Assembly: GCA_964569575.1 (NCBI GenBank)
Contig: CAZMTL010000001.1
Location: forward strand, 3,503-67,502
Direction: 5' to 3'
Source: an uncultured Gammaproteobacteria bacterium
GTDB lineage: Bacteria > Patescibacteriota > Patescibacteriia > UBA9934
DNA: 64,000 nt
Of the stretch, positions 38,969 through 48,312 are shown piece by piece. The notes below the pieces were generated by a model that worked only from the letters and a program-made list of their open reading frames with translations, had not been told where the DNA came from and ran no database searches. Every line of letters starts with the position of its first letter. Positions within the stretch are counted from its first letter, which is position 1. Both the position numbers and the translations under genes were made by a program.

Positions 38969-39967
38969 TTAATAATCCAATCCTTCTCGTGCTGGAACTC
39001 CTGAATAAAAGTAATGACGTTCCAATTTCATTTCGGTAATGATGTGAGCGGCTTCTAGGAAGGCCGGGTGAGGGTTGCGGCCGGTGAGTATAAGTTCGGT
39101 TTCGGGGTGTTTGTTTTTGATAAGATCGAGGATGTCGTCTGCGTTCATCATTCCAAGGGCGCAGGTGGAGTTTACTTCGTCTAGAATGACTAAATTATGT
39201 TCACCGCTCGCGAGCGCTTCTTTTGCGATTTGAAGTCCTCGTGCCGCTTCGGTTTTGTCGGTTTCGTTTATGGAGAAATCAAATCTGCCGGTTACTGGGT
39301 CAATACGGTCGCGCCCGGTTGGTTCGTAGTCGATCAATTCGATTTGGTCGAGCAAGTTACGTTCGTTGTAGTGGGTGTTCCCGCCTTTGTCGAAGTAAAT
39401 AATCTTCACGCGCTTCCCTGCCCCAGCGGCGCGGATTGCTTGGCCTAGAGCTGCGGTCGTTTTTCCTTTTCCGTTTCCGTAAATAAGCTGGACAAGCCCG
39501 TAGCCTTTTTTCCCAAGAATCCGATCGTCGCGACCAGAGATGCGTTCGAATTTTATGTAGGCTTCAACCACGCTGCGGACATATCCTTGCAGGTCTTCGG
39601 GAAGCGGCTGACGTGGATCGAGCCAAATGGATTCACTGTGTTCCCACGAAAGCACGATGTCGCCCGCTGGCATTGGAGCGATGTAGAAATTTTTAATTAC
39701 ACGTTCGTGCGCCATTTCACCAAATCCACTCGCAGCCATTGTGTGAAATAGTTGAGCACGCGATACGTCGATGGCAAGGCCGATTTCTTCCTTCACCTCA
39801 CGCGCAAGAGCTTCGAGAGGTTCTTCACCCAATTCCATCTGCCCACCCGGCAAATCCCAAGCACTTCCGTATTTGTCAGGAGTGGAGCTTTTAAGAAGGA
39901 GAATTTTTCCTTGTTCATTTACAAGAACGGCTTTGTGGGCGATGTAGTGTTTTCGAGAGGGGTTCAT
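38969..39967 (-). CDS. Fusion protein: N-terminal NUDIX hydrolase plus C-terminal ATP:cob(I)alamin adenosyltransferase (CobO/CobA/BtuR family)
   Basis: Nudix box GGQMELGEEPLEALAREVKEEIGL. The C-terminal half has P-loop GNGKGKTTAALG and the CobA-like motifs NLVILDEV, GRNPHPAFLEAAHIITEM. Confidence 0.65.
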   Translation of the reverse strand: MNPSRKHYIAHKAVLVNEQGKILLLKSSTPDKYGSAWDLPGGQMELGEEPLEALAREVKEEIGLAIDVSRAQLFHTMAASGFGEMAHERVIKNFYIAPMPAGDIVLSWEHSESIWLDPRQPLPEDLQGYVRSVVEAYIKFERISGRDDRILGKKGYGLVQLIYGNGKGKTTAALGQAIRAAGAGKRVKIIYFDKGGNTHYNERNLLDQIELIDYEPTGRDRIDPVTGRFDFSINETDKTEAARGLQIAKEALASGEHNLVILDEVNSTCALGMMNADDILDLIKNKHPETELILTGRNPHPAFLEAAHIITEMKLERHYFYSGVPAREGLDY

Positions 39968-39983
39968 ATCGATGATTATTTCT

Positions 39984-40076
39984 GGTCATTGCGAGGAACA
40001 GGGTGACGAAGCAATCTTTCGTCGTGCAATTGAATCGCGAGATTGCTTCGTCGGCTGCGCCTCCTCGCAAGGACGA
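39984..40076. repeat. Palindromic repeat family C (gtcattgcgagga...gacgaagcaatc / gattgcttcgtc...cctcgcaa)
   Basis: Long inverted repeat. A second copy in the same orientation lies at 50226..50287. Confidence 0.65.
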
Positions 40077-40174
40077 TAACAAGTTGACTTTTGGTTGATT
40101 TTAGTATAGAGTAATCGGTCGTTTTGGCAATGTGTTGAACACGAAACTGTGCCCTGCGGGGCGAAGGAGATCAC

Positions 40175-40543
40175 GTGACAAAGACTGCTGCTCCGGAGAT
40201 CAATGCTACTCAAGAGGCAATCAAGCACACGATGACGCATGCGCTGACCAATGGAGGGATCGACGAGTGGAACGAGCTCAGGTACGAGTACTCTCACATC
40301 AAGCTCGAGTTCTGCAACCACGATTTCTCAGGCCTGGACCTCCCCTTCCGGAACCTTTCGGGGTTGAATTTCTTCGGATCCAAGTTCTCAGGAACTGATC
40401 TCGACGGCGCTGATCTCACCGGCTGTACCGGCCTCACTGCTCACCAGCTCGCGCAGGCTCGCAATCTCGAGCATGCGTTGCTCGACCCCAATCGCTACGC
40501 GGATGCGGTGGCGGCGGGGTACAAGCGCGCTAACGAGAAGTGA
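40175..40543 (+). CDS. Pentapeptide-repeat protein (short), encoded by a GC-rich cassette
   Basis: GTG 40175 after GAAGGAG. A(D/N)LxG pentapeptide units. C-terminal tail RYADAVAAGYKRANEK is shared with the next gene. Confidence 0.65.
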   Translation: MTKTAAPEINATQEAIKHTMTHALTNGGIDEWNELRYEYSHIKLEFCNHDFSGLDLPFRNLSGLNFFGSKFSGTDLDGADLTGCTGLTAHQLAQARNLEHALLDPNRYADAVAAGYKRANEK

Positions 40544-40625
40544 ACTCTCTCGAGCGAGCGCGTCAAGGCGCGCTCGCTCGCTGACCCAGGTTTTCGGACC
40601 TGGGTCTTGCTTTTCCAAACCCAGC
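40544..40625 (+). terminator. Twin-hairpin 3' module (gagcgagcgcg..cgcgctcgctc and gacccaggttttcggacctgggtc), directly repeated after each pentapeptide gene
   Basis: Nearly identical copy at 41548..41630. Confidence 0.5.
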
Positions 40626-40725
40626 GAAACCTTGACTTTGTATTAATTTTCGTGCAGAATAATCAGTCGTTTTGGCAATGTGCTGAACGCGTTCACGGCC
40701 TTTCGGGGCAAAGGGGTCAGATACT

Positions 40726-41547
40726 ATGATGAAGGTTCAGATGGTCGCAATGCTGCGCAAGGGACGAATCGAGGAATGGGACGCATGGCGGACGGTGAAT
40801 CCGGGAGTGCGTATCGACCTTTCGATGACTGATCTCTCAGAGGCAAATCTCGAAGGGGTGAATCTGGCATCCGCAAACCTTAAAGGGGTGAATCTTAAAG
40901 GGGCAAACCTGAAGCGAGCGAACTTCTGGAAGGCGGATCTCGCAAGGGCGGATCTTCAGAACGCAAAGCTCTCAGATGCGTATCTCGGATCTGCAAACTT
41001 GTCGGGAGCCGATCTGCGAGAGGCAGATCTGACAGAAGCATATCTCTCACGAGCGAACTGCTGGAAGACGGATCTGCGGGGTGCAAATCTCTCGGACGCA
41101 TATCTCGAACGCACAAACCTCTCAGAAGCAGACCTACGTGGCGCACACCTTCACGCAGCAGTTATCGATGACGCGGATCTGTCGGGAGCGAATCTCGAAA
41201 AGGCCAACTGCGCGGATGCTGATTTCGAGGGCACGCATCTTTCGGGAGCAAACCTTCGTTCAGCGAACCTGTCGCATACAAATCTGTCGGCGACGGATCT
41301 CTCAGGAACGTGTCTCGCGGATGCGAACCTTCAAGATGCTGATCTTGCGGGAGCAGATCTTCGAGGGGCGATTCTGTCGGGAGCAGATCTTCGAGGGGCG
41401 ATTCTCTTGGCAGCCGACCTTTCAGCAGCAGTCCAACTGATCGCTGCCCAGCTTGCGCAAGCTGGAAACCTCGAGGACACCAACCTAGATCCTGACCTCT
41501 ACGCGGATGCGGTGGCGGCAGGGTACAAGCGCGCTGACGAGAAGTGA
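40726..41547 (+). CDS. Pentapeptide-repeat protein (273 aa, about 40 consecutive pentapeptide units), paralog of the upstream gene
   Basis: ANLxxADL repeats throughout. Same C-terminal tail and a conserved about-60-bp 5' leader (aatcagtcgttttggcaatgtg..gaac). Confidence 0.75.
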   Translation: MMKVQMVAMLRKGRIEEWDAWRTVNPGVRIDLSMTDLSEANLEGVNLASANLKGVNLKGANLKRANFWKADLARADLQNAKLSDAYLGSANLSGADLREADLTEAYLSRANCWKTDLRGANLSDAYLERTNLSEADLRGAHLHAAVIDDADLSGANLEKANCADADFEGTHLSGANLRSANLSHTNLSATDLSGTCLADANLQDADLAGADLRGAILSGADLRGAILLAADLSAAVQLIAAQLAQAGNLEDTNLDPDLYADAVAAGYKRADEK

Positions 41548-41655
41548 ACTCTCTCGAGCAAGCGCGTTAAGGCGCGTTTGCTCGCTGACCCAGGTTTTCG
41601 GACCTGGGTCTTGCTTTTGGAGTGGAGTGATTGGTTTTGTGCGTGATGTTATGCA

Positions 41656-41690
41656 AAAGAACGGCGTTGTGCCGTTCTTTTGTTTGCGCG
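41656..41690. terminator. Bidirectional terminator hairpin (agaacggc-gttgt-gccgttct) between the pentapeptide cassette and the nrdJ 3' end
   Basis: Read directly in the sequence. Confidence 0.5.
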
Positions 41691-41739
41691 AGACCCTTCC
41701 TCTCTTCCACTTACCAAGGGGTCGTGCTTTATCGATCTC

Positions 41740-44700
41740 TTAGCTGCACCCTGATGTTGAACCGCAGTTCAAGCATTTGTAGCAGGCGGCGTTGCGGACC
41801 ATGATGGAACCGCAGGTGTCGCAGGCTGGGGCGTCAGCAGAGTTGTCAAAAGTGTTTGTAAGAGCCGCTTTTGCCTCTACTTGTTCAGCTACTTCTGGCT
41901 TTGCCTCGATTTTCTTCACAGGTTCGCTTTGGCTTGCTTGCGCAGACTGAGAAGGCTGAGGAACGATAGCTTCTTCCACCTCAATTCGATCGTCCAAGTC
42001 TTCTGTGTTCGCAGGTGCTGTGCCGTGGGTCATTTTGTTTTCACCTGTCACTTCCAAGTTGTTCAATCCTACTTTTGATTGATCTTCTGGTGAAAGGAAT
42101 TTGAGCGCCATCCATCGGAAGATGTAGTCGACGATTGATTTTGCCATTCGAATGTTTGGATTATTTGTAAATCCAGATGGTTCGAATCGCTTGTGAACGT
42201 ACTTGTTTACCAAGACTGGCAATGGAACTCCGTACTGCAATCCGATCGATACGGCTGTTGCAAAACTGTCCATCAAACCACTAATCACCGAACCTTCTTT
42301 TGCCATGGTGATAAAGATTTCTCCCGGCTTTCCGTCGTCGTACAATCCAACCGTTAGGTACCCTTTGTGACTCGCGATACTGAATCGGTGCGTAATCGAA
42401 CGTCGTTCGTCGGGCAAGCGTCGTCGTTGTGGAGCGCCAGCGTACGAAATTGTTTTTGTTGGAATCGACATTTGCACCTGTGTCTGTTCCGATAGACCCC
42501 TCCTAGCCTCCCCTTGTGAAGGGGAGGAAGCGCTCGCGAGTGGAGTTGCTTCTTTCTTCACTTCATCTTTCTTCGATGCGTCTTTTTCTTTTGATGTTGT
42601 AAGAGCTTGTTGTCGCTTTGAACCGTCGCGGTAGATCGCGATCGCTTTCAATCCCATCTTCCATCCTTCCATGTATACATGTTCTACGTCTTCTACCGTT
42701 GCTTCTTTTGGCATGTTTACCGTTTTACTAATTGCTCCCGAAATAAACGGTTGCACAGCGGCCATCATACGAACGTGTCCCATGTAGTGGATTGTTCGTG
42801 TTCCATTCTTTGCTTTGAACGCACAGTCGAATACCGACAAGTGTTCTTCGGAAATGTGTGGCGCACCTTCGATGGTGTCGTTTGCGTCGATGAATGCAAT
42901 GATCGCATCAACCTGTTCTTTCGTGTAGCCCAATCGTGCAAGTGCTTCTGGAACGGTTCCGTTGACGATCTTGAGCATACCACCGCCAACGAGCCATTTG
43001 TATTTTACGAGCGCGATGTCTGGTTCCACTCCTGTTGTGTCGCAGTCCATCAAGAATCCAATCGTTCCTGTTGGAGCAAGTACCGAAATTTGCGCGTTGC
43101 GAATTCCGTGCTTCACTCCCCCATCGATCACGTTGTCCCAAGATTTTCGGGCTTCGAACAACAGTTCCGCTGGAACACCGTTTGGATCGATTTCGTAGGC
43201 GGCCTTTCGGTGCATTTGCATTACTTCCATCATTGGTTCGGCGTTCTTTTTGAATCCAGCGAATGGACCAATTTTTTCTGCCGCTTTTGTTGATTGGAAG
43301 TAGCTTTGACCAGATAGCAATGCCATGATCGCTCCTGCCATGTTTCGACCTTCGTCTGAATCGTAGGCAACTCCTCGGCTCATCAAAAGTGCTCCTAGGT
43401 TTGCGAATCCGATTCCAAGCGGTCGGTAATCGTGGCTGTTCTTTTCGATTGCTGGTGTTGGGTAACTAGAATTTCCAACAAGGATTTCCATCGCTGTAAT
43501 CACGACTTCAGCAGCCTTTTTGAATGCTTCAACGTCAAATTCCATCACGCCGTTTACTTCCTTTCGGTACTTCATCAAGTTGAGTGAAGCCAAGTTACAT
43601 GCCGAGTCGTCTAGGAACATGTATTCCGAACACGGGTTCGATCCGTTGATGCGATCGGTGTTTTTACTTGTGTGCCAATTATTGATGGTTGTGTCGTACT
43701 GAATTCCAGGATCTCCACATTCCCATGCCGATTGCGCCATTTCGCGGAACAATTCTTTTGCATCGTATTCAACCGACGGGTTTCCTGTTGTTACTTCCTT
43801 TGTTGTCCATCGCGCGCCGTTTTCCACCGCCTTCATAAATTCGTCGCTTACGCGTACCGAATTGTTTGCGTTTTGGAAGAAGATTGAGCTGTATGCTTCT
43901 CCGTCCATCGAAGAATCGTATCCAGCGTCAACAAGTGCCCATGCCTTCTTTTCTTCTCTTACTTTACAGTGAATGAATTCCAAAATATCTGGGTGATCGA
44001 TATTTAGCATCACCATCTTTGCCGCACGTCGTGTTTTTCCGCCTGACTTTACCGTTCCAGCGAATGCGTCAAATCCTTTCATGAACGAAACTGGTCCGGA
44101 TGATTTGTTGTTCGATCCACCGATAAATTCTTTACTTGAACGGAGTTTTGAGAGGTTTGACCCTGTACCTGATCCGCCCTTGAAAAGCATGCTTTCTGTT
44201 GTGGCAAGTTGCATGATTGAACGCATGTCGTCTTCCACGGCGTTGATGAAGCAGGCTGAACACTGTGGATGTGGTTCTGTTCCTAGGTTGAACCAAACTG
44301 GACTGTTGAATGCTGCGTATTGGTTGATCAAAATGAAAGTCAATTCTTCTTCGAACGTTGTTGCGCTGCGAGCGTCTTGGAAGTATCCATCTTTTCGTCC
44401 CCATTGCGCGATTGTTTGCGCCACGCGGTCGATCAATTGCTTCATCGATGTTTCGCGATCTGCATCGCCTACTTTTCCTCGGAAGTATTTTTGAGCCACG
44501 ATGTTTGTGGCAGTTTGCGACCACGTTTTTGGTGTTTCGATGTTGTTTTGTTCAAAAATGACCGCGTTCTTTTCGTTGGTAATTTTTGCTGTACGCATTT
44601 CCCATTCAATCTTCTTGTACGGGTGAATCCCTTCTTCGGTAAAATATCGGTCGAATACCAATCCCTTTCCGTACTTTGGTTCGGCTGTTGTAGAAGGTGC

Positions 44701-45048
44701 CAACTGCTGACGGAATGAAGAATACTTTTTCGCCACGTGCGTTAAGTTGTTGTCGATCAATGTCATCGAAACAACTTCTCGCACATCGGCACTGCTTGGT
44801 TCGGTGTGACCGTTGTAAATACGGTGCAAGCGATCGCCGACCTGTTCGGTAATTTTGCGGGCGCGGTCTTGCTCTCGCATGCCGGCAATTTCCATCGCCT
44901 TCACGACCGAAGCGTGCAGTTTGTCGTACTGAAATGATTGCGATTCACCATTTCGTTTTTTGATGCTTTTTACAGCAGTCATGTAATCCCACACAATGTC
45001 ACCGACGTTGCCGGTTTTTTGTTGTGTGTTTGTTGCGGACTGGTTCAT
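41740..45048 (-). CDS. nrdJ: Ribonucleotide reductase, monomeric class II (adenosylcobalamin-dependent, NrdJ-like) with N-terminal ATP-cone and C-terminal zinc ribbon
   Basis: 1102 aa. ATP-cone VKSIKKRNGESQSFQYDKL, active-site NPCSEYMFLDDSACNLASLNL, C-terminal CDTCGS...CYKCLNCGS. An in-frame repeat-derived segment SPSQGEARRGL sits in a linker. Confidence 0.8.
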   Translation of the reverse strand: MNQSATNTQQKTGNVGDIVWDYMTAVKSIKKRNGESQSFQYDKLHASVVKAMEIAGMREQDRARKITEQVGDRLHRIYNGHTEPSSADVREVVSMTLIDNNLTHVAKKYSSFRQQLAPSTTAEPKYGKGLVFDRYFTEEGIHPYKKIEWEMRTAKITNEKNAVIFEQNNIETPKTWSQTATNIVAQKYFRGKVGDADRETSMKQLIDRVAQTIAQWGRKDGYFQDARSATTFEEELTFILINQYAAFNSPVWFNLGTEPHPQCSACFINAVEDDMRSIMQLATTESMLFKGGSGTGSNLSKLRSSKEFIGGSNNKSSGPVSFMKGFDAFAGTVKSGGKTRRAAKMVMLNIDHPDILEFIHCKVREEKKAWALVDAGYDSSMDGEAYSSIFFQNANNSVRVSDEFMKAVENGARWTTKEVTTGNPSVEYDAKELFREMAQSAWECGDPGIQYDTTINNWHTSKNTDRINGSNPCSEYMFLDDSACNLASLNLMKYRKEVNGVMEFDVEAFKKAAEVVITAMEILVGNSSYPTPAIEKNSHDYRPLGIGFANLGALLMSRGVAYDSDEGRNMAGAIMALLSGQSYFQSTKAAEKIGPFAGFKKNAEPMMEVMQMHRKAAYEIDPNGVPAELLFEARKSWDNVIDGGVKHGIRNAQISVLAPTGTIGFLMDCDTTGVEPDIALVKYKWLVGGGMLKIVNGTVPEALARLGYTKEQVDAIIAFIDANDTIEGAPHISEEHLSVFDCAFKAKNGTRTIHYMGHVRMMAAVQPFISGAISKTVNMPKEATVEDVEHVYMEGWKMGLKAIAIYRDGSKRQQALTTSKEKDASKKDEVKKEATPLASASSPSQGEARRGLSEQTQVQMSIPTKTISYAGAPQRRRLPDERRSITHRFSIASHKGYLTVGLYDDGKPGEIFITMAKEGSVISGLMDSFATAVSIGLQYGVPLPVLVNKYVHKRFEPSGFTNNPNIRMAKSIVDYIFRWMALKFLSPEDQSKVGLNNLEVTGENKMTHGTAPANTEDLDDRIEVEEAIVPQPSQSAQASQSEPVKKIEAKPEVAEQVEAKAALTNTFDNSADAPACDTCGSIMVRNAACYKCLNCGSTSGCS

Positions 45049-45209
45049 AGCCTAGAAGAATTTTATTAATAAAAGGTCTGGTGAAGAATGCTCTCCAAAA
45101 AGGTGCTATCGCTTTTTTTGCGATTAAAAAGATCCCTTCCTTTGGGATCCCACTGATCGAACCTGGTCTAACATGTACGTTAGGGCGAGTTCTCACTCTT
45201 TCGAGCGCA

Positions 45210-45257
45210 ACACAAGATGTTGTGTTGATGACTACATTGTAGCACAAGATGTTGTGT
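45210..45257 (-). promoter_or_regulatory. Two NrdR-box-like 16-bp palindromes (acacaacatcttgtgY on the minus strand), 32 bp centre-to-centre, about 160-210 bp upstream of nrdJ
   Basis: ACACAAGATGTTGTGT at 45210..45225 and GCACAAGATGTTGTGT at 45242..45257. ACAC-N8-GTGT geometry and tandem spacing match NrdR operators. Confidence 0.5.
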
Positions 45258-45299
45258 TTGGTTTTGGGTTTTGTGGATAAAATTTCTGTAACTTTTTTT

Positions 45300-45840
45300 G
45301 GCGAGAGTTGGCGCTGAAACAAAAGAGCCCCCTCGGAACACATCGGCAGGCGAACCTGCAAATGTGCCCGAGAGGGCGAGAGACCAGTGTATCTGTGCCG
45401 CCCCGTTGTTCTTCGCCTGGTCGGTATCGTGCGAAGAGGGCTCTGGTTGGCGGTGTCATGCGGAGGAAAACCAGAAAATCTTTTCCGCATGGTGACGCTG
45501 TTTACGGGTCACTCCGTTTGCCACCTGGTTCTCCCAGGGCTGGTTGGCTGTATTCGTGGTCTTCGTACTTGTGAACTACCAGCATTCACAAGCATATAGC
45601 GTCCTATTTCCCGGTCCGCGCAGGTCTGGTTGTTTTTTTACTTTTCCGCCTACTGGAGTACCAGCACTTCCTAGGCGCACCGACCAACAATTCACGGTGT
45701 CGGGACGTGGTCTCTCGATCTCGAGCTCGAGTCTGGGTGACTCTTTTCGTGCGGGCTTTACCAGTTTCATCCCCGCATATATCGACCAAACTCCTGGGTC
45801 GAACAGGTGTCCACCGCATCAACTATAGCGGCATGGACCG
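45300..45840 (-). ncRNA. Candidate structured non-coding RNA of about 540 nt (GC-rich, no ORF, own promoter); identity unknown
   Basis: Minus-strand promoter TTGACG-17-TACATT at + coordinates 45873..45845. No ORF over 95 aa with coding character. Many GNRA-type GAAA loops and a UUCG loop (GGCAGGUUCGCCUGCC), with stem-forming complementarity. Confidence 0.25.
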
Positions 45841-45965
45841 AAAGAATGTACTACATTTTTAACCGGTCGTCAAGTGCGAAGCCTACTTTCGCCTTGAATT
45901 ACTTGGCTTTTCTTGCGTAAATCAAATAGGCCCTATAGGTCGAATATGACCTATGGGACCTATTT

Positions 45966-47021
45966 TTACTCTTCTCGTAAATCCAGTTCTTCTAATAACT
46001 TTTTCTGCGCTTTCGATAGCTTCTTTGGGGTTTGTACTTTTAACACAACGTATTGATCGCCGCGCCAGCTGCCTTCTGGGACTCCTTTGCCTTTCATGCG
46101 TAGGCGGTCGCCGGATTGCGACCCTGCGGGGATTTTTAGTTTTACTAGGCCGTCGACGGTATCTACCTGTACTTCGTCACCAAGTGCCGCTTGTGTGAAG
46201 CCGATGGTTTTCTTTACGTAAATGTCTTTTCCGTCGCGCTGGAATCGTGGGTCGCTCTTTACATGCAGCTGCAAGAACAAATCCCCCGACTCGCCGCCGC
46301 GTCCAATCGATTCCCCTTCACCGCGCACACGGATGCGCATGCCGTCTTCTACTCCTGCCGGGATGTCGATGCGTAACGTCTTTTTTCCGTATGTAAATCC
46401 GTCGCCGTCACAATCTTTACATTTCGTTTCCGGAATTTCGCCTGCGCCGTTGCAGTCTTCACAATTCACGCGCGTCTGCATGTTTCCTAACATGGTGCGT
46501 GCAATTTTCACCTGGTAACCCTGTCCTTTACACGTGTCACACGTCTTCATGCTCGACCCAGGTTCTGCACCGATTCCTGCACATCGTTCGCAAGCGTTGT
46601 TTTTGCTAAGTGACACTTCTTTTTCCACGCCGAAGATGGATTCGTTGAACGTAAGTTGAACATCGATCAACGCATCGCCTCCACGCGGAGCTCGCGCACC
46701 GCCTCCGCCACCGAAACCACTTCCAAACATGCTGCCAAAAATATCACCCAAATCCTCGAAGTGCATTCCCTGCCCTCCAAATCCACCAAATCCACCCGCT
46801 CCCGGACCAGCGCCGTCGAATGTTTGCCCGTACTGGTCGTACTGCTTCCGTTTCGTTTCATCACCAAGCACCTGGTAGGCTTCATTCACCTCCTTAAACT
46901 TCGCTTCGTCTCCACCCTTGTCCGGATGAAACTGATGCGCTTTCGCTCGAAACGCTTTTTTGATTTCGTCCTTCGACGCAGATTTGTCGACGCCTAGTGT
47001 GTTGTAATAGTCTTTGGGCAT
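45966..47021 (-). CDS. dnaJ: Chaperone DnaJ (J domain, G/F region, four CxxCxGxG zinc-finger repeats)
   Basis: 351 aa. DYYNTLGV...HPDK, then [32 protein letters not shown]. Confidence 0.9.
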   Translation of the reverse strand: MPKDYYNTLGVDKSASKDEIKKAFRAKAHQFHPDKGGDEAKFKEVNEAYQVLGDETKRKQYDQYGQTFDGAGPGAGGFGGFGGQGMHFEDLGDIFGSMFGSGFGGGGGARAPRGGDALIDVQLTFNESIFGVEKEVSLSKNNACERCAGIGAEPGSSMKTCDTCKGQGYQVKIARTMLGNMQTRVNCEDCNGAGEIPETKCKDCDGDGFTYGKKTLRIDIPAGVEDGMRIRVRGEGESIGRGGESGDLFLQLHVKSDPRFQRDGKDIYVKKTIGFTQAALGDEVQVDTVDGLVKLKIPAGSQSGDRLRMKGKGVPEGSWRGDQYVVLKVQTPKKLSKAQKKLLEELDLREE

Positions 47022-47022
47022 A

Positions 47023-47469
47023 TTAAATAAAATTTTTGAGCAGTATAATAAAACTACCTAACAATACAAAGATTCCTGATATTCCTGAAATAGATATGGC
47101 AATTATCTTGTTACGTCCCTCCTCTACCAAACTAACTGCGATAATGATTGAAATTATTAATAACGTGCATCCGAACAAAAACATACACATAGTAAATCCG
47201 ACTAATGCGCCTATCCCTGAGTCGATAGAAGCTAGCGCACCTATTCCTATACCTAACAAGGATATTATTAAAGCAGTTCGTATTTCGACCGCACTCACCA
47301 TTGTAACTATTTCTTTTTTATAATCTTTAAAGTCATTTTTAGATTCTTCCCGCTCTTTTTTTATCTCTTCTCTTAACTCTTTATACCTATCCATCACCGT
47401 ATTAGTAATTACGCTTCCAGTCGTTCCTGTTTCTTCCTTCACACCACTTGAAAAGATAGGAGTACTCAT
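47023..47469 (-). CDS. Hypothetical membrane protein, AT-rich
   Basis: 148 aa with 3 TM helices. GC is lower than the neighbours. Confidence 0.4.
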   Translation of the reverse strand: MSTPIFSSGVKEETGTTGSVITNTVMDRYKELREEIKKEREESKNDFKDYKKEIVTMVSAVEIRTALIISLLGIGIGALASIDSGIGALVGFTMCMFLFGCTLLIISIIIAVSLVEEGRNKIIAISISGISGIFVLLGSFIILLKNFI

Positions 47470-47471
47470 AA

Positions 47472-47852
47472 CTAAGCTTGTCCGACATCTAGAATCGCTA
47501 TATTATCAATCTTCTCTTGACCAAATTGAATGTTGAACCTATATCTTCCTACTTGATCAAAATTAAACTCAAATCCAAAGTAAAAATTCGCATCGCCCTT
47601 CCCATTAGTCATTTCAGGAATACTTCCATCCAATTCTCCCAACCGCCTCTCCTCTCCGGCGGGATTCTGAACAAAAAAAATCGCTCTGTTCTTTCCAGAT
47701 GGCAAGTTATTTAATTTACATACCAAGAATAGCTTCATCGTTGAGACACCGGTTAATGCCCCAATTACATCAACAAAAGACTGCTGTGGTGTGCCAAGGC
47801 CTCCTATCCATTGGCAAAGTAATCCGTATTGTTTCTCGATATTATTTTTCAT
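47472..47852 (-). CDS. Hypothetical protein, AT-rich
   Basis: 126 aa. Adjacent to the previous gene and likely co-transcribed with it. No known motif. Confidence 0.4.
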   Translation of the reverse strand: MKNNIEKQYGLLCQWIGGLGTPQQSFVDVIGALTGVSTMKLFLVCKLNNLPSGKNRAIFFVQNPAGEERRLGELDGSIPEMTNGKGDANFYFGFEFNFDQVGRYRFNIQFGQEKIDNIAILDVGQA

Positions 47853-48187
47853 ATTTTTGCCCTTCCCCCTTCACCACCTTCGCGCGGGCGTCGATTACTT
47901 TTTTCTTGGATTTGCCTACGATCTTTCCCCAGATCCAGTCGCGTACTCGTGGAATCGAAAGGATCCAGAGGAGTCCGGAGAGGAGTGCGAGGAAGCCGCG
48001 GACGAAGAGGGCGAAGAGTTTTTTCATAGAGGAATGGTTGGTGATTTTCTTTCATTATCGCACAGAATCACATTCTGCACATGTCACCGTAGGCGAAGCG
48101 AATAGATCCCCGGCACTAAAGGCCGGGCAGGCTTTCACTTTGTTCAGGATGACAAGGTGAGGCGTGTTGAGTTGAATCGCGATGCCG

Positions 48188-48270
48188 CGACCCCCTGTCG
48201 TCCCCCTTGGTAAGGGGGACACAGGCTTGCGGCGTTTCCTCCCCTTACCAAGGGGAGGCTAGGAGGGGTC
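48188..48270. repeat. Palindromic repeat family A (twin hairpins cccccttggtaaggggg and cctccccttaccaaggggagg)
   Basis: A near-identical inverted copy lies at 56809..56893. A half-copy sits inside nrdJ at 42495..42543. ORF 48207..48473 is a translation artefact (SPYQGEARRGL). Confidence 0.7.
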
Positions 48271-48312
48271 TTCTTGGAGAAAATGTTCGCAAGAGTCTGC
48301 ATTGCGCAAACC

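Noticed and set aside
45790-45830. Possible tRNA- or tmRNA-like T-arm (CCTG-TTCGACC-CAGG) inside the GC-rich ORF-free region
   Set aside because: It has only a 4-bp stem, no adjacent acceptor stem or CCA, and no tag-peptide reading frame. It is kept only as part of the ncRNA candidate.
47842-48027. 61-aa minus-strand ORF with one hydrophobic helix (MKKLFALFVRGFLALLSGLLWIL...)
   Set aside because: Possibly a real small membrane protein. It overlaps another equally plausible small ORF in a different frame and lacks a clear SD, so it was left unannotated.
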